This document shows positions 1 through 10,375 of a stretch of DNA of 64,000 nucleotides, piece after piece. Every line of letters begins with the position of its first letter. Position 1 is the stretch's first letter. Made by a program: the position numbers and the translations under genes. Below the pieces are notes generated by a model. The model saw only the letters and a list, made by a program, of their open reading frames with translations. It did no database searches and was not told the origin of the DNA. The stretch lies in the NCBI RefSeq assembly GCF_036321535.1, contig NC_087464.1, positions 16,802,001 to 16,866,000 of the forward strand. The letters are read 5' to 3'. The stretch comes from Camelus dromedarius (taxonomy: Eukaryota).

Positions 1-49
1 AAATGCATATTGTAATTAGCAAAAGGTTTATTTAAAAAATAAATCATTC

Positions 50-390
50 TTTACCCTGAAGTCATAAAAATATTCTAGATTTTCTTCTAAGTGTGTTAAA
101 AATTTTGCTATTCACATGTAAGCCTTGAATCCACCTGGAGTTGTGTGTGTGGTGTTAGTTGGGATCTAATTTTACTTTTTCCATCTGGACCACCACTTGT
201 CCCAACACCATTTATAAAAGAGTCTGTCGTTTCCCCACTGGTTGGTGATGCCTCTCTGTCATGTAGCAAGTTCTCGTTCATGCACAGCTCCGCCTCTGGG
301 CCCTTCTTCTGTTCATTTCATCTCTTTATAGCCTGATGCCAAAGCTAGTCTGCTTAATTTCCTTAAAAAGTTTTAACATTTGGTAGGACC
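50..390 (-). mobile_element. Old L1 (L1ME-like) ORF2 fragment
   Basis: Antisense L1 ORF2 phrases (ATCCACCTGGAGTTG, TTGTCCCAACACCATTTAT); recognised from memory. Confidence 0.55.
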
Positions 391-429
391 CAATGAAGGA
401 CTTGAAGACAGGAAATGGTTGAGCCGGAG

Positions 430-700
430 TGATGCTGCAACGAGGTCACTCTGATGAGGGGAGGATGGACTTTAGAGGACAAGGCCAAAGGGTCAGGAGT
501 CCAGCTGGTGGCTGCTGCAGCGTCCAAGCCAGAGGTGAGCAGCTTGGCCAAGAAGTGGGCTGACGTTGGATATGTCGTGGAAGTAAAGTGGATGGGGTTT
601 CCTGACGTATCAGAAAAATTGGGGACCAAAGATGACTCCTTGGTTGTTGGCCAAAGTAGCTGGTGGTGCCATTTGCTGAGATAGGAAAGCTGGGGTGAAG
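430..700 (-). mobile_element. L2 fragment
   Basis: GATGACTCCTTGGTTGTTGGCC...TGCCATTTGCTGAGATAGGAAAG is typical antisense L2. Confidence 0.55.
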
Positions 701-3700
701 GTGACAGGTGGACTTTTAGAAAGTGCCCAATAAATGACTGTCTGGATGAATGAATGAGGGGGTGCAGATGGGGGAGTGAGTGGGGGTGGGGGTGCTGCCC
801 TACTTCCTGCAGCCCTTCCAGAGGATTAAGCACCACCTTCCTTGTCTCACACCATCAGTTGTTTCAGCACATGTGTGTCATTTCCCCCAAGCAGGACCGT
901 CATTGTTGGGGGAGAGGGACATCTTCCCTGCCCGTGCGCTGGTACCTCCCCACCCCGACCCTGGCTCAGCACAGGGCCCCCCAGATTCTTGGCTGCAGGA
1001 CACTGGCCCATGGCAGGCTTCCAGTCCCAAGGAGGCCCAAGGCACCTGGGGAGACAGAGCAGGCCCCTGAGGCTGCAGGTCCCGCTTTGTTACTCACCTC
1101 CCTCCTCAGTTTAGGAAGTGGCCTGGATGAGTCTCCATGTCATTTTAGGGGAGCTCTGTGCTGTTTGCCAGATGAAGGAAGGAGCTGTTGGTCTCACTGG
1201 ACGTGAAGGAGGCGCCGCCGCAGTGGAGAAGCTTCCAGCCTCGGAGGCCCTGCTTGTGGGTGGGGCCTCAGACCGGGGCAGTTTTTGCTGTTTACAGCTT
1301 ACTGCTGCCTCATCATCCCCAGCTGTTATAAAAACACCTTTTGTCTGGTGGACGTGGAAAATTGCATCTGAGCACTCCAGCTGAGTCATTTCTCCGAGCA
1401 GGCCTTCAGCTGGGGCAGGGATTCTGGCCGGGCGGGGCCCTGCGTGGGTCTGTGTTGATCCTGCGGGCGGCTCCGGTGGCCTGGCCAGCCCACTCAAGCC
1501 CCAGGGCGCAGGCATCGCTCATTCATTCATTGAATCAAGATCGATTTTAAGCCCTTTCTCTGTGTTAAGAGTAAAGCCCTGGGGGGGCTCAGTGGTTGAG
1601 CGCCTGCTCATGCATCTGGGAGCCCTTGGCCAGCAGCTCCACCCATCCCACCACCGTAACCCTGGCCAGGAGTGACCTTCAGACTGGGGCCCAGCATGAC
1701 TCTTGGCAGGAAGGGGGAAGGGAAGAAGGGAGGAGGGAGGAGAGCGGAAGAGGCGAAACCAGTCTTTATTAAGCAGCTACTCCATGCCAAGCCCTGAGCT
1801 ACGCTTGTTCTTAGGGCCTCATGCCTGGTCCAAGAATGCTGGCCACTTAGGCTGCAAGGCCCTGGGCCAGTGACTTCAGCTCCTAAGTGTTCTACCCTCA
1901 TCTGCCTTGTCTTCCTCATCTGACCTCAAGCTTGTGAGGATCAAGTGAGATGATGCAAAAATACAGTCAATAATGATCCTTCATGTTTTTATAACTAATA
2001 ATGACATGGTTCACATTTATTGAGTACATCCTGCACCAGGCTCTACACTAAGTGTCTTCCTCACACTAACTCATTTAATCCCCCACCCCCCAGCAACTTT
2101 GAGGCGAGTTCTGTTTTTAGCCCCATTTTATAGAGAAAAAAAATCAAGGCGCAGCGACATTAACTTGCCCAAGACCATGGGAACACTAATGCTGGAGCCA
2201 GAGTGCTCCGCAGGTGATAATCACTTATATGTTATGAAGTACATCAGGCCGGTTGGATTAAATTGGTGTTTCTCAGTGTAAATTCTCCAGAACCCTCGCC
2301 TTTGCTCCATCAAAAAAAAAATTTGCCTTACCATCAGATAAGCATGGAAAATGCTGGAACATGGCAATCTCCTCCTGGAGAGATTCATAGGGCACTCTGA
2401 TATATCAAAGGCTCTTAGACGTGCTGCGATTAAAAGGGAAAAAACGAAGAACCTGTTTATGTTTAACCCAGCATTTCCAAGCTTGTTTGCTCTGAGAGCC
2501 TTATTTCTGAGACGCCCTTGGTGAGATCAAGCTGGAAACGTGTGCATTTTCAGGAGGCACTGCTGCCCTTCATTACAGGTCCTTTAGTGTCTCATTCTTG
2601 TGTTCTCTCATTCATTCATTCAACAGATGTCTCTTGAGTTCTCACAGGTGCAATGAGAGAGAAGACGCGACTTCTGTTTTAAGAATCTCATGAGTCTGAT
2701 GGAGGAGACAGAACAGTGTGATCAGAAGTTCAAGGGACCAGGGGAGCTGAGTGGATGGCACCTACCCCGCCCCCCTACCCCATCTTGGAGCCCCTACATT
2801 GTCTCTGAGGTCCTGGGGGAGGCGTGACCTCAGCAGGCCGGGTGAAGGACTTTGGTGGCCAGGGGTGTAGGCAAATCTTTGTATATCAGTGGAAAATCTC
2901 TGCATTAACTCAAATTTTCAGGACACCCCTGGGATTATCGGGTTCCATTCTATGAAGGCTATTTTACAACCCTGCAAAGCATAGGTAACCGATAGTAATG
3001 CAAACTAATTCTTGTCTATCCTGCAGATTCTGCACTGACCTTTAGAACAGACTGACTTCCCCTGCTCAGTTTTGTCTCTGTTTCCTCATTCGTTTCCATA
3101 TTCCCATCAAGAAATGTGTCTGTTCTTCACATTCTCTTTTGATCTGGTTACATCTCCCAGTTCCCTCATCAATTGAGGGGTATAATAAACTCTTTAACAC
3201 ATGATCATTTTTATATATGTGTGACAGTCATGATTTTACCTCTTTTTAAAAGAATGGTAGCAAGTGGCTCCCCGGGCAGAGGGACATGTGGGCAAAGGCC
3301 CAGAGGCTTGCTCTTAGCACTTGGCATTGAGCAGCAGGCGGCCTGACCCCATCCTCAGCTGAGCAGACAGCATCAGGAGCCGCTGAAGGAGGCTGGCTTT
3401 TCAGCCCCCACTCATGAAGGGTGGAGGCAGCTGGAGTAAAATGAAAACACACTAGTGACAGGCATCGATGTGCACAGAAACGAGGGACTGCTAGGCTCGC
3501 TGGTGCCTCCTGATCAGTGTGTCTGCAGGGAAGCAGAGCGCACTTCTGCAGTGGGGTCCATCGCATCTCTGACACTGCGGTTAAGCAGTCTTTCCTCACC
3601 GGTGGTTGGGGAGCAGACCATGGGCTCGGCTGCTTTGTTCAATGAGCCCGCTCTGCACACAAACACAGGCAAAACTCACCAAAAACAGGAGTGAGTGGGC

Positions 3701-4857
3701 ACACGTGAAGCCTTGTGTCTGAAACCAGGCAGATTCCTCAAATGCTTGTTGAATCACCAATCCTAGGCACAAGAGCCCTTAAGTTAATTAGCTAAAAATT
3801 CCTAAAGCGCACAAAAGAAGGCGAGAGAAGCTGGACTCTCCGTCTAGGATCGTTATATGATACGTGCACCATTTGAGGGAAACTGGCTTGGCTCCTCCTG
3901 CCTCACCCCCAGTGGCCTCAGGTCTGGGGGGAGGACTCTTCATTTCTCTTCCTTCTCCCTCTTGTGGGCTTGTTGCTGGTAACTCTGGCCGGAGTGCGTG
4001 TGTCATCCCCAAGGACCAAGGACCGAGGACTGGCCCTGCTTGGGGGCCGTGGGCCAGGCATGGCTTTGTTCCCGCTACCTGCCTGGGTGGCACTGTCAGG
4101 GTCTTCGGTGGGACGCAGCCTGGGCATCTACGACATGGGGCTGGGCGCCAGGCCAGCGCCGATGAACCTGACCCACTCTGCTAGCACAGAGCTCACTACC
4201 ATGCGGAAGGGTCAGGGCTGTGGGCACAGGGGAGACCCCACTGGACGTTCCCGCATCACTAGGGGACGCCATGTAGGCAGCTGAGGGGCCAGAGCTAGCA
4301 AAGGGGAAGGAAACGGCCATTCTGTCTCAGGATCCGCCCAGACTGGATTCTGAGCTCACACAGGTGCTCTGGAGGGACTCCTAGGAACACAGGGGATGGA
4401 GCTGAGACCAGTTTCCCTGGGACTGGGTGGGCCACTCCCTGAACCCCTCAGGCCTTCTGCAGGGGTGGGACTGCTAGTCCCCTTTTTTCCTGGCAGGTGG
4501 CCCAGCAGGAACCCCTTTGCTCCCTGAGCTCTGCTTCCTAGTTTGATTTGCATAACAATCTGCCCAGACCAGCTTTGTACCTTGTGCACCCAGGGCTGGA
4601 GCCCAGCACTGCCCTCTGGCCAAAAAAACCCAACCGACCAAACAAATAAATCTCTGGCGTAAGGAAAGGCCATTTTTGTTCCAATGTAGTCTTTCTGAGA
4701 GTCCTTGGAGACTGGCTGATTCTTGGGGACTGGCTGGCTCTGGAGTGAGCTTGGGTCTGTCCCAGGTGAGGGGCCCTCCTGGAAACTGTGCCCTCCTGGC
4801 GTGAGGCCCAGCATCCTGTCTATGGGGCCTGCCAGAGCCCTTGGAGTATTTATCCTA

Positions 4858-4858
<1 letters not shown>

Positions 4859-4914
<56 letters not shown>
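4859..4914. repeat. (AC)28 microsatellite
   Basis: Uninterrupted AC repeat, 56 bp. Confidence 0.98.
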
Positions 4915-4917
<3 letters not shown>

Positions 4918-7092
4918 CACTAGAGGGATGTAAGACAAGGGGAGTCATCACAGCTCTGCTTGTCTTAGCAAGACTAGAAATAACCTGCATGTCCAACAGT
5001 GAGGGAGGGGATCCGGGATTCTGGGCATCCCTTCAGTGGAGGGCTGTAAGGGAAAAAGAATGAGGTTTCTTGGATGGGGCTGAGAGAGGAGGGTGCCTCC
5101 ATGTAGGCTCTGTGCCCATCCCTCAGAGTGGCCACAAACGTCTTAGCCAAGGCGCCTGTGTCCCTCAGAGCCCCCTCTCCCCTGCAGCCTCACTCAGCAC
5201 CCCTGCATTGCGCTGCTCTGTCCCTGCTAGGCCCTGGGGCTGGGCAGAAGTGAGGTGGAAGATGTCAGAGCCTGCCAATCCCAGCCTTGTGTCCTTCAGC
5301 AACCCATTCAGTTCTCTTTGCCTCAGTCTTCTCATCCATGAAATGGGGACATTTTGCCCACCTTGCTGCTGAAATGAGCACCTAATACACAGAATAGGTG
5401 TCTAATAAGGGTGAATGTGACTTAAATTTTGTCCACTGGGAACTGTGGGAGTGCAGCCCAGAGGCCAGACTGGGGTCAGACTGGCGGGTGAGCCATGGGC
5501 TCTGGCCTGGCCTGTCACGCGCTCTGTGTGCGTGTTGGGGGTGCTGAGCCAGCTCCCCAGCACCCCCCCCCAGCAGACGGAGGGGAAGAGTTCACGCCAC
5601 TATTTCCTGAGGGAGGAGGAGGCACATCAGGCGACACAGGGTGACAGTCCCAGCCTTCACCCCCGCCCCCTGCCTGCCCGGAGATTCACCCAGCACCGTC
5701 GGGGTGGGGGTGACCTCAGTTCACCCACCTGTGCTGGGGGCTTGCCTTGGAGCTGTATTTGCTCAGTGAGCTCGCTGTGTGAAGAGAGAAAATGATTCGA
5801 GGGAAATTCTGCAGGAGCTGGTGGACACGGTTGGGTGAGGCTCCCCAGGGCTCTGAGCGGGCGCGGGGGCTGCGCTGTGAGAGGTGAGGGGTCTGAGGAG
5901 GAAGTTCCCACTGGGTCTGGAGGCCCTTGTTTCCAGTTAGACTCTTTATTGCTTTTCTCCCCTTACTGACTTAATGATTTCCCCTTTCACCCTCCCCTCC
6001 TCCTTTAAGCTCATATCTCATTGTTATTCTTTTAACAAACCTTAAAATAAAAATGCAGATTATCTTTTTTATTCCTCTCAAGGATCCCATGAGGAAGACT
6101 TTACCATGTCCTTATTTTTCAGATGAGGGAAAGTCAGAGAGGACAAGGGACCTGGCTGAGATCACCCCACTGGTAAGAGACCAGGGCCCAGTCTCACCCA
6201 CGTGTCTTGCTGTCTCTTTGACACCAGGCTCTGGCTCCCCCGGGGCCACAGGGCTGAGCAGAGCCAGACTGGCCAATGGGGGGCTCACAGCCCACAGCCA
6301 GGGGCAGCCCACAACACTGTGGGGTTGAGAGGGGTCAGGGAGGCTTCCAGAGGAGGGGCCTTGGGATCTGGTGGTGAGGGAAGGAGGGCAGGAAAGGGAT
6401 TCATGGAGGGAAAAGCATGTGCAAAGGCTGGATGGGATGGGAAAGGGGAACTCAGGTAGTGTGGCTGGAGTTAGGGTGTGAATGAAGACGGTGGGGTCAG
6501 GGCTCCACTCAAGAGGTGGGAGTGGGAGGTGAGGGTAGTGAAGTCAGATGGGCTTGGGCACCTCCTAGGGAGGACAGCCGTGGCCATGTATGTCCCAGAC
6601 ACTTCCCAAGGCTGCCTGGGTCCAGTGCCCACTAGAATGAGTATCTGTGTCACAGGCTTAGGAGCCTAGGACAGGGACAGGGACAGGAAACTCTGGCTGG
6701 AGGCTCAGAAAACAAGCTCATTGGTTCTTCCAGTGGAGAGGGGCCGAAGACCCTGGGACCAGCTCCTCTCCCGCTTTTTCCAGGATTCAGCTGCTGGGGT
6801 TGGGATCTGCCAAAACACTGGTCCTTGGGTTGTCTTCCTAAAAACCTTATTTACAGTAAAGTGTTAATGACTCATACAGCTTAAAATGTAGTATTTCTCA
6901 ACTCTGGCTGTTCAGAAGAATCATCTGAGGTGTGTGTGAAGGTAATAACCATTGTTTTTCTAAAAATGATACATACTCACTCTTAGACAAAACAAGTAAC
7001 ACAGAAAAGTACAAAGAAGGAAGCAATAATTCCCTCCATTAGAATGCCGGCTTCCCGAGCATGGGCTTTTTTCTTTATTTCCTTTTGGTTTC

Positions 7093-7223
7093 TTTTTTTT
7101 CCTTTTTCGGGGGTGGGGTGGTAATTAGGTTCATTTATTTACTTACTAATTTTAATGGAGGTACTGGGGTCTGAACCTCCTGCATGCTAAACAGGTGCTC
7201 TACCACTAAGCTATCCTATCCCC
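7093..7223 (-). mobile_element. Camelid tRNA-derived SINE (Vic-1 type)
   Basis: Reverse complement GGGGATAGGATAGCTTAGTGGTAGAGCACCTG...CCCAGTACCTCC plus AATAAA/AACCTAATTACC tail. Confidence 0.85.
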
Positions 7224-8577
7224 GCTTCTGAGCGCAGGATTTTTATTTGTTCTGTTCCCTGTATTCCCAGCACCTAGAACTTCCTGGCACAGAGTAGATG
7301 CTTATTAAAGCCCACCACCCCTGTTAACATTTGGTGACTGTCCTCTATACACAGAGAACTTTGAACAGACAAAGAGGTATAGGTAGAGAGAAAAGTAAAT
7401 AGATGGAAATAATTTTAAAACATGAGATTGTACCACACCTGCTATATTTAAGCTTAAAGTATTTAATTTTAATTGAGTTTAGCAGAAAGAAAATGAAGAA
7501 ATTGCTGAATCTTAAATAAATTTTTACTTTCCACAGAGACATTGGTTTATAACGAATTTCTCTAACAGTAAAGAAAAAGATTATGAAACTCATTAAGAGA
7601 TTGGAGTCTCGGGGAAGAAGAATAAACCCTTCACTTCGGGCAGGCTCAGTTTTTCTTGTGATGAAAAAAGTGATCACTTCCTCTGCATCCTCCCTCCCCA
7701 CGCTCCAAAGCTCCTGATTTTGATGCTAATATTTTCACTTTGTCAAGGTTTATAATAATTATACCCTGTTCGGCAACCATAGTTCTCCTGGTATTTTGTC
7801 TTAGTCCTGTACGTAAATATATTCTGTTCCATTTTTTTAAGAACATTGTGTCCCTGAGTTTTGTGTTTGGAGTTCTCTCTCCACTGTATCAGGAAAAATT
7901 GTGAAAGACTTTGAAATGGACCACCATCACCACCACCAAAGACCGGTGGGTGTCCGGTACTTAGGGACTTGTGCCTTTCATCCATGTCTTTGAGCAAATC
8001 TAACTTGTAGGAAACCTATAGCAATGCAAATGAGTCTTGTCCATCCGAAATGCAAATAGATTTTGTCCAGTGGAATGTAATCGATTGTTACCTGTGGCAA
8101 CTGATCAGTTTTGCACGTATCTGTAAATTCATTTCGGTATTTCTTGTCTGATGATATATGTGTATGTTGTTCCAATTTTCTTTTGAACCAGTTGGGAAAT
8201 ATTGCTGTTCCCTAATGACTTCATGAGTTAAACAAAAATTCTGACATGTGTTCAGTTTATATCATATGAGAGTCATGATTTTACCTTTGAAAACGCAGAC
8301 ACTTTTCGTTTTCATTGCTGAGTAGTTTTTTTTTCCTTCCAAAAAAGGCCTAAAAGTGCTATTTTCCCCGACCTTTTCTGTGTTGTCTATGAATCTGGAC
8401 AACCTCGCTGGGTGAAATATTCTTGATTTCCCCCTTTTCATACCACTTTGAGCACTCAGCTCCCTTGTCTTCTGGTCTTGAATGTTGCTGTGGAAAATTT
8501 TGAGGCCGTCGACCAAAAAGGCTACAAATAGGAAAAGAGTTTATTCGGGGTCTTAAGAATTGTAACTTCTTAAATTC

Positions 8578-9012
8578 TTTTTTTTGGGGGGGGGCAGGTA
8601 ATTAGGTTTATTATTACTATTTTTTTAATATATCATATTGTTTATTTAAAATCTAAGAAGTTTGAATAAAAATTAATCTTCATAATTGCTTCCAATATAA
8701 AAAATGATTGAAACAGATGATAATGCAACCAAAAGGAAATGGATATCATAAAAACTGCCTGATTAACTAAATCAATAAAAAAATGAAAGTATTATCCTGT
8801 GTTGGTTACATTATATTTCAAACTATTCAAATCAGAGTACATTCTAGCTATGAGTTAAGTTCAGGAAAAATTGACAATGAGAGTCACCTCCTACACAAAG
8901 AAATATACTTCTTTGTGTATTATTACTATTTTTTAATGAAGGCACTAGGGATTGAACCCAGGATCTCGTGCATGCTAAGCATGTGCTTTCCCGCTGAGCT
9001 CTACCCTCCTCC
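8578..9012 (-). mobile_element. Camelid tRNA-derived SINE split by a ~290-bp insertion
   Basis: Tail half at 8578-8625 and body/head at 8918-9012, with a 17-bp duplication at the break. Confidence 0.85.
8626..8917 (-). pseudogene. 5'-truncated retrocopy of an unidentified mRNA 3'UTR
   Basis: 17-bp TSD TATTATTACTATTTTTT (8609-8625, 8918-8934) at a TTTT/AA site; minus-strand AATAAA at 8641-8646, 14 nt before the A tract; AT-rich, no ORF. Confidence 0.55.
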
Positions 9013-9755
9013 TAGGAAGAGTTTCTCTAAACATTCTTTTACTTTAGTTGTGGGATAATCGACTTCAGGGACTCAAAGTCCCTAAGTACCGGACACCCAC
9101 CGGTCTTTGGTGGTGGTGATGGTGGTCCATTTCAAAGTCTTTCACAATTTTTCCTGATACAGTGGAGAGAGAACTCCAAACACAAAACTCAGGGACACAA
9201 TGTTCTTAAATTTACAATTTAAGAATTGTAAATCAGGAGACACAGACTTGGGTAAAACCGAAAGAGACTTCAGGGAAGAGAAAGAGTCAGGGGCTTGTTA
9301 AGGCAAAAGGCATGAGGTTGTACGCTGACACAAGAAAGGGAACATTTGCCTTTAAGGGATAGGCTGTCATGAGTTATTTTCGATAAGGGTCCAGTCAGCA
9401 TCTGGAGTTTCTGAAACATTGGGTAGATGTCCTAGATGTCTGTGTTAAGATGGTAAGTGCTCAAAAGGTCAGATTCCATGTGGGCTGAGGTGTACAGAAG
9501 TCATACTTCCTCGGTGGCCTCCAGGCTCCATTTTAGAGAGCTCCCTTAGAGACACCGACTCCATTTTGATTTTCCTCTCGCAAGGCCAGATTGCTTTTCT
9601 TCTCCCCCTTATTGTTGATTTGGTGCTTCCTCCTGGGTGCCTGAAGCGTTGTGTTCCAGATGTCCATCAGTCTGAATCCTTCTCGTGCCCTCTTAATCTG
9701 TGCAGTCGGTTCCCCCTTCGTTTCAAGGAGAGTTTCTCTGTTTAAAAACAATTTC

Positions 9756-9878
9756 TTTGCGAGGGAGGTAATTAAGTTATTTACTTACTTATTTATTTTA
9801 ATGGAGGTACTGGGGATTTGAAGCCAGGACCTCTTGCATGCTAAGCATGTGCTTTCCCGCTGAGCTCTACCCTCCTCC
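9756..9878 (-). mobile_element. Camelid tRNA-derived SINE
   Basis: Head GGAGGAGGGTAGAGCTCAGCGGGAAAGCACATGCTTAGCATGCA..., tail ...AACTTAATTACCTCCC. Confidence 0.88.
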
Positions 9879-10239
9879 TAGGAAGAGTTTCTCTAAACAT
9901 TCTTTTACTTTAGTTGTGGGATAATCGACTTCAGGGACTCAAATCATCTTAGGTTGGAAGGTCTGGGTTCCATGAGGATTGTCTTCTAACTCTTTGAATT
10001 TATGTGTCCTCTTTCTCTGAATTCGTTGTGGTTAGTTCAAGTTTCTCTCCGTGCTATGAATTTGCTTTTCAGGAGAGAGCCCTGCATTGTAACTCTGTGT
10101 TTAGATGTGTGAAGGTCCTTGTGCAGCCTCCCATCTTCAAGCTCTTTTTGCATTTCTCAATGCTATATTTTTTAAAAGTTTGTTTATTTTTAATTTTCTT
10201 TTTTGTTGTTGAAGGGGGATTAAAAGTTTGTTTATTTTT

Positions 10240-10375
10240 AATTTTCTTTTTTGTTGTTGAAGGGGGAGGTAATCAGATTTATTTGCTTATTTTTAGAGGA
10301 GGTACTGGGGATTGAACCCAGGACCTCATGCATGCTGAGCATGTGCTCTACCACTTAAGCCAGACCCTCCCCCCC
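10240..10375 (-). mobile_element. Camelid tRNA-derived SINE
   Basis: A-box/B-box head GGGGAGGGTCTGGCTTAAGTGGTAGAG...GGTTCAATCCCCAGTACC; tail region tandemly duplicated. Confidence 0.88.

Larger units (their letters stand above)
8507..9582 (-). mobile_element. Solo ERV LTR (about 410-420 bp once the internal insert is removed)
   Basis: 4-bp TSD AGGC at 8503-8506 and 9583-9586 splitting the HAL1 codon run; ends CG(TG-derived)...CA; minus-strand AATAAA at 8540-8545 near the LTR end. Confidence 0.65.

Noticed and set aside
1581-1615. GGGGGGGCTCAGTGGTTGAGCGCCTGCTCATGCAT, possible SINE head
   Set aside because: Only about 35 nt with no B box, tail or TSD; too little to call.
4356-4910. 184-aa minus-strand ORF starting MCVCVCV
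   Set aside because: Artefact of translating the (AC)n microsatellite.
7646-8516. Several minus-strand ORFs that looked like a processed pseudogene
   Set aside because: Motifs such as RIFHPARLS and FSTATFKTRRQ lie in different frames and match decayed L1/HAL1 ORF1, not a host gene.
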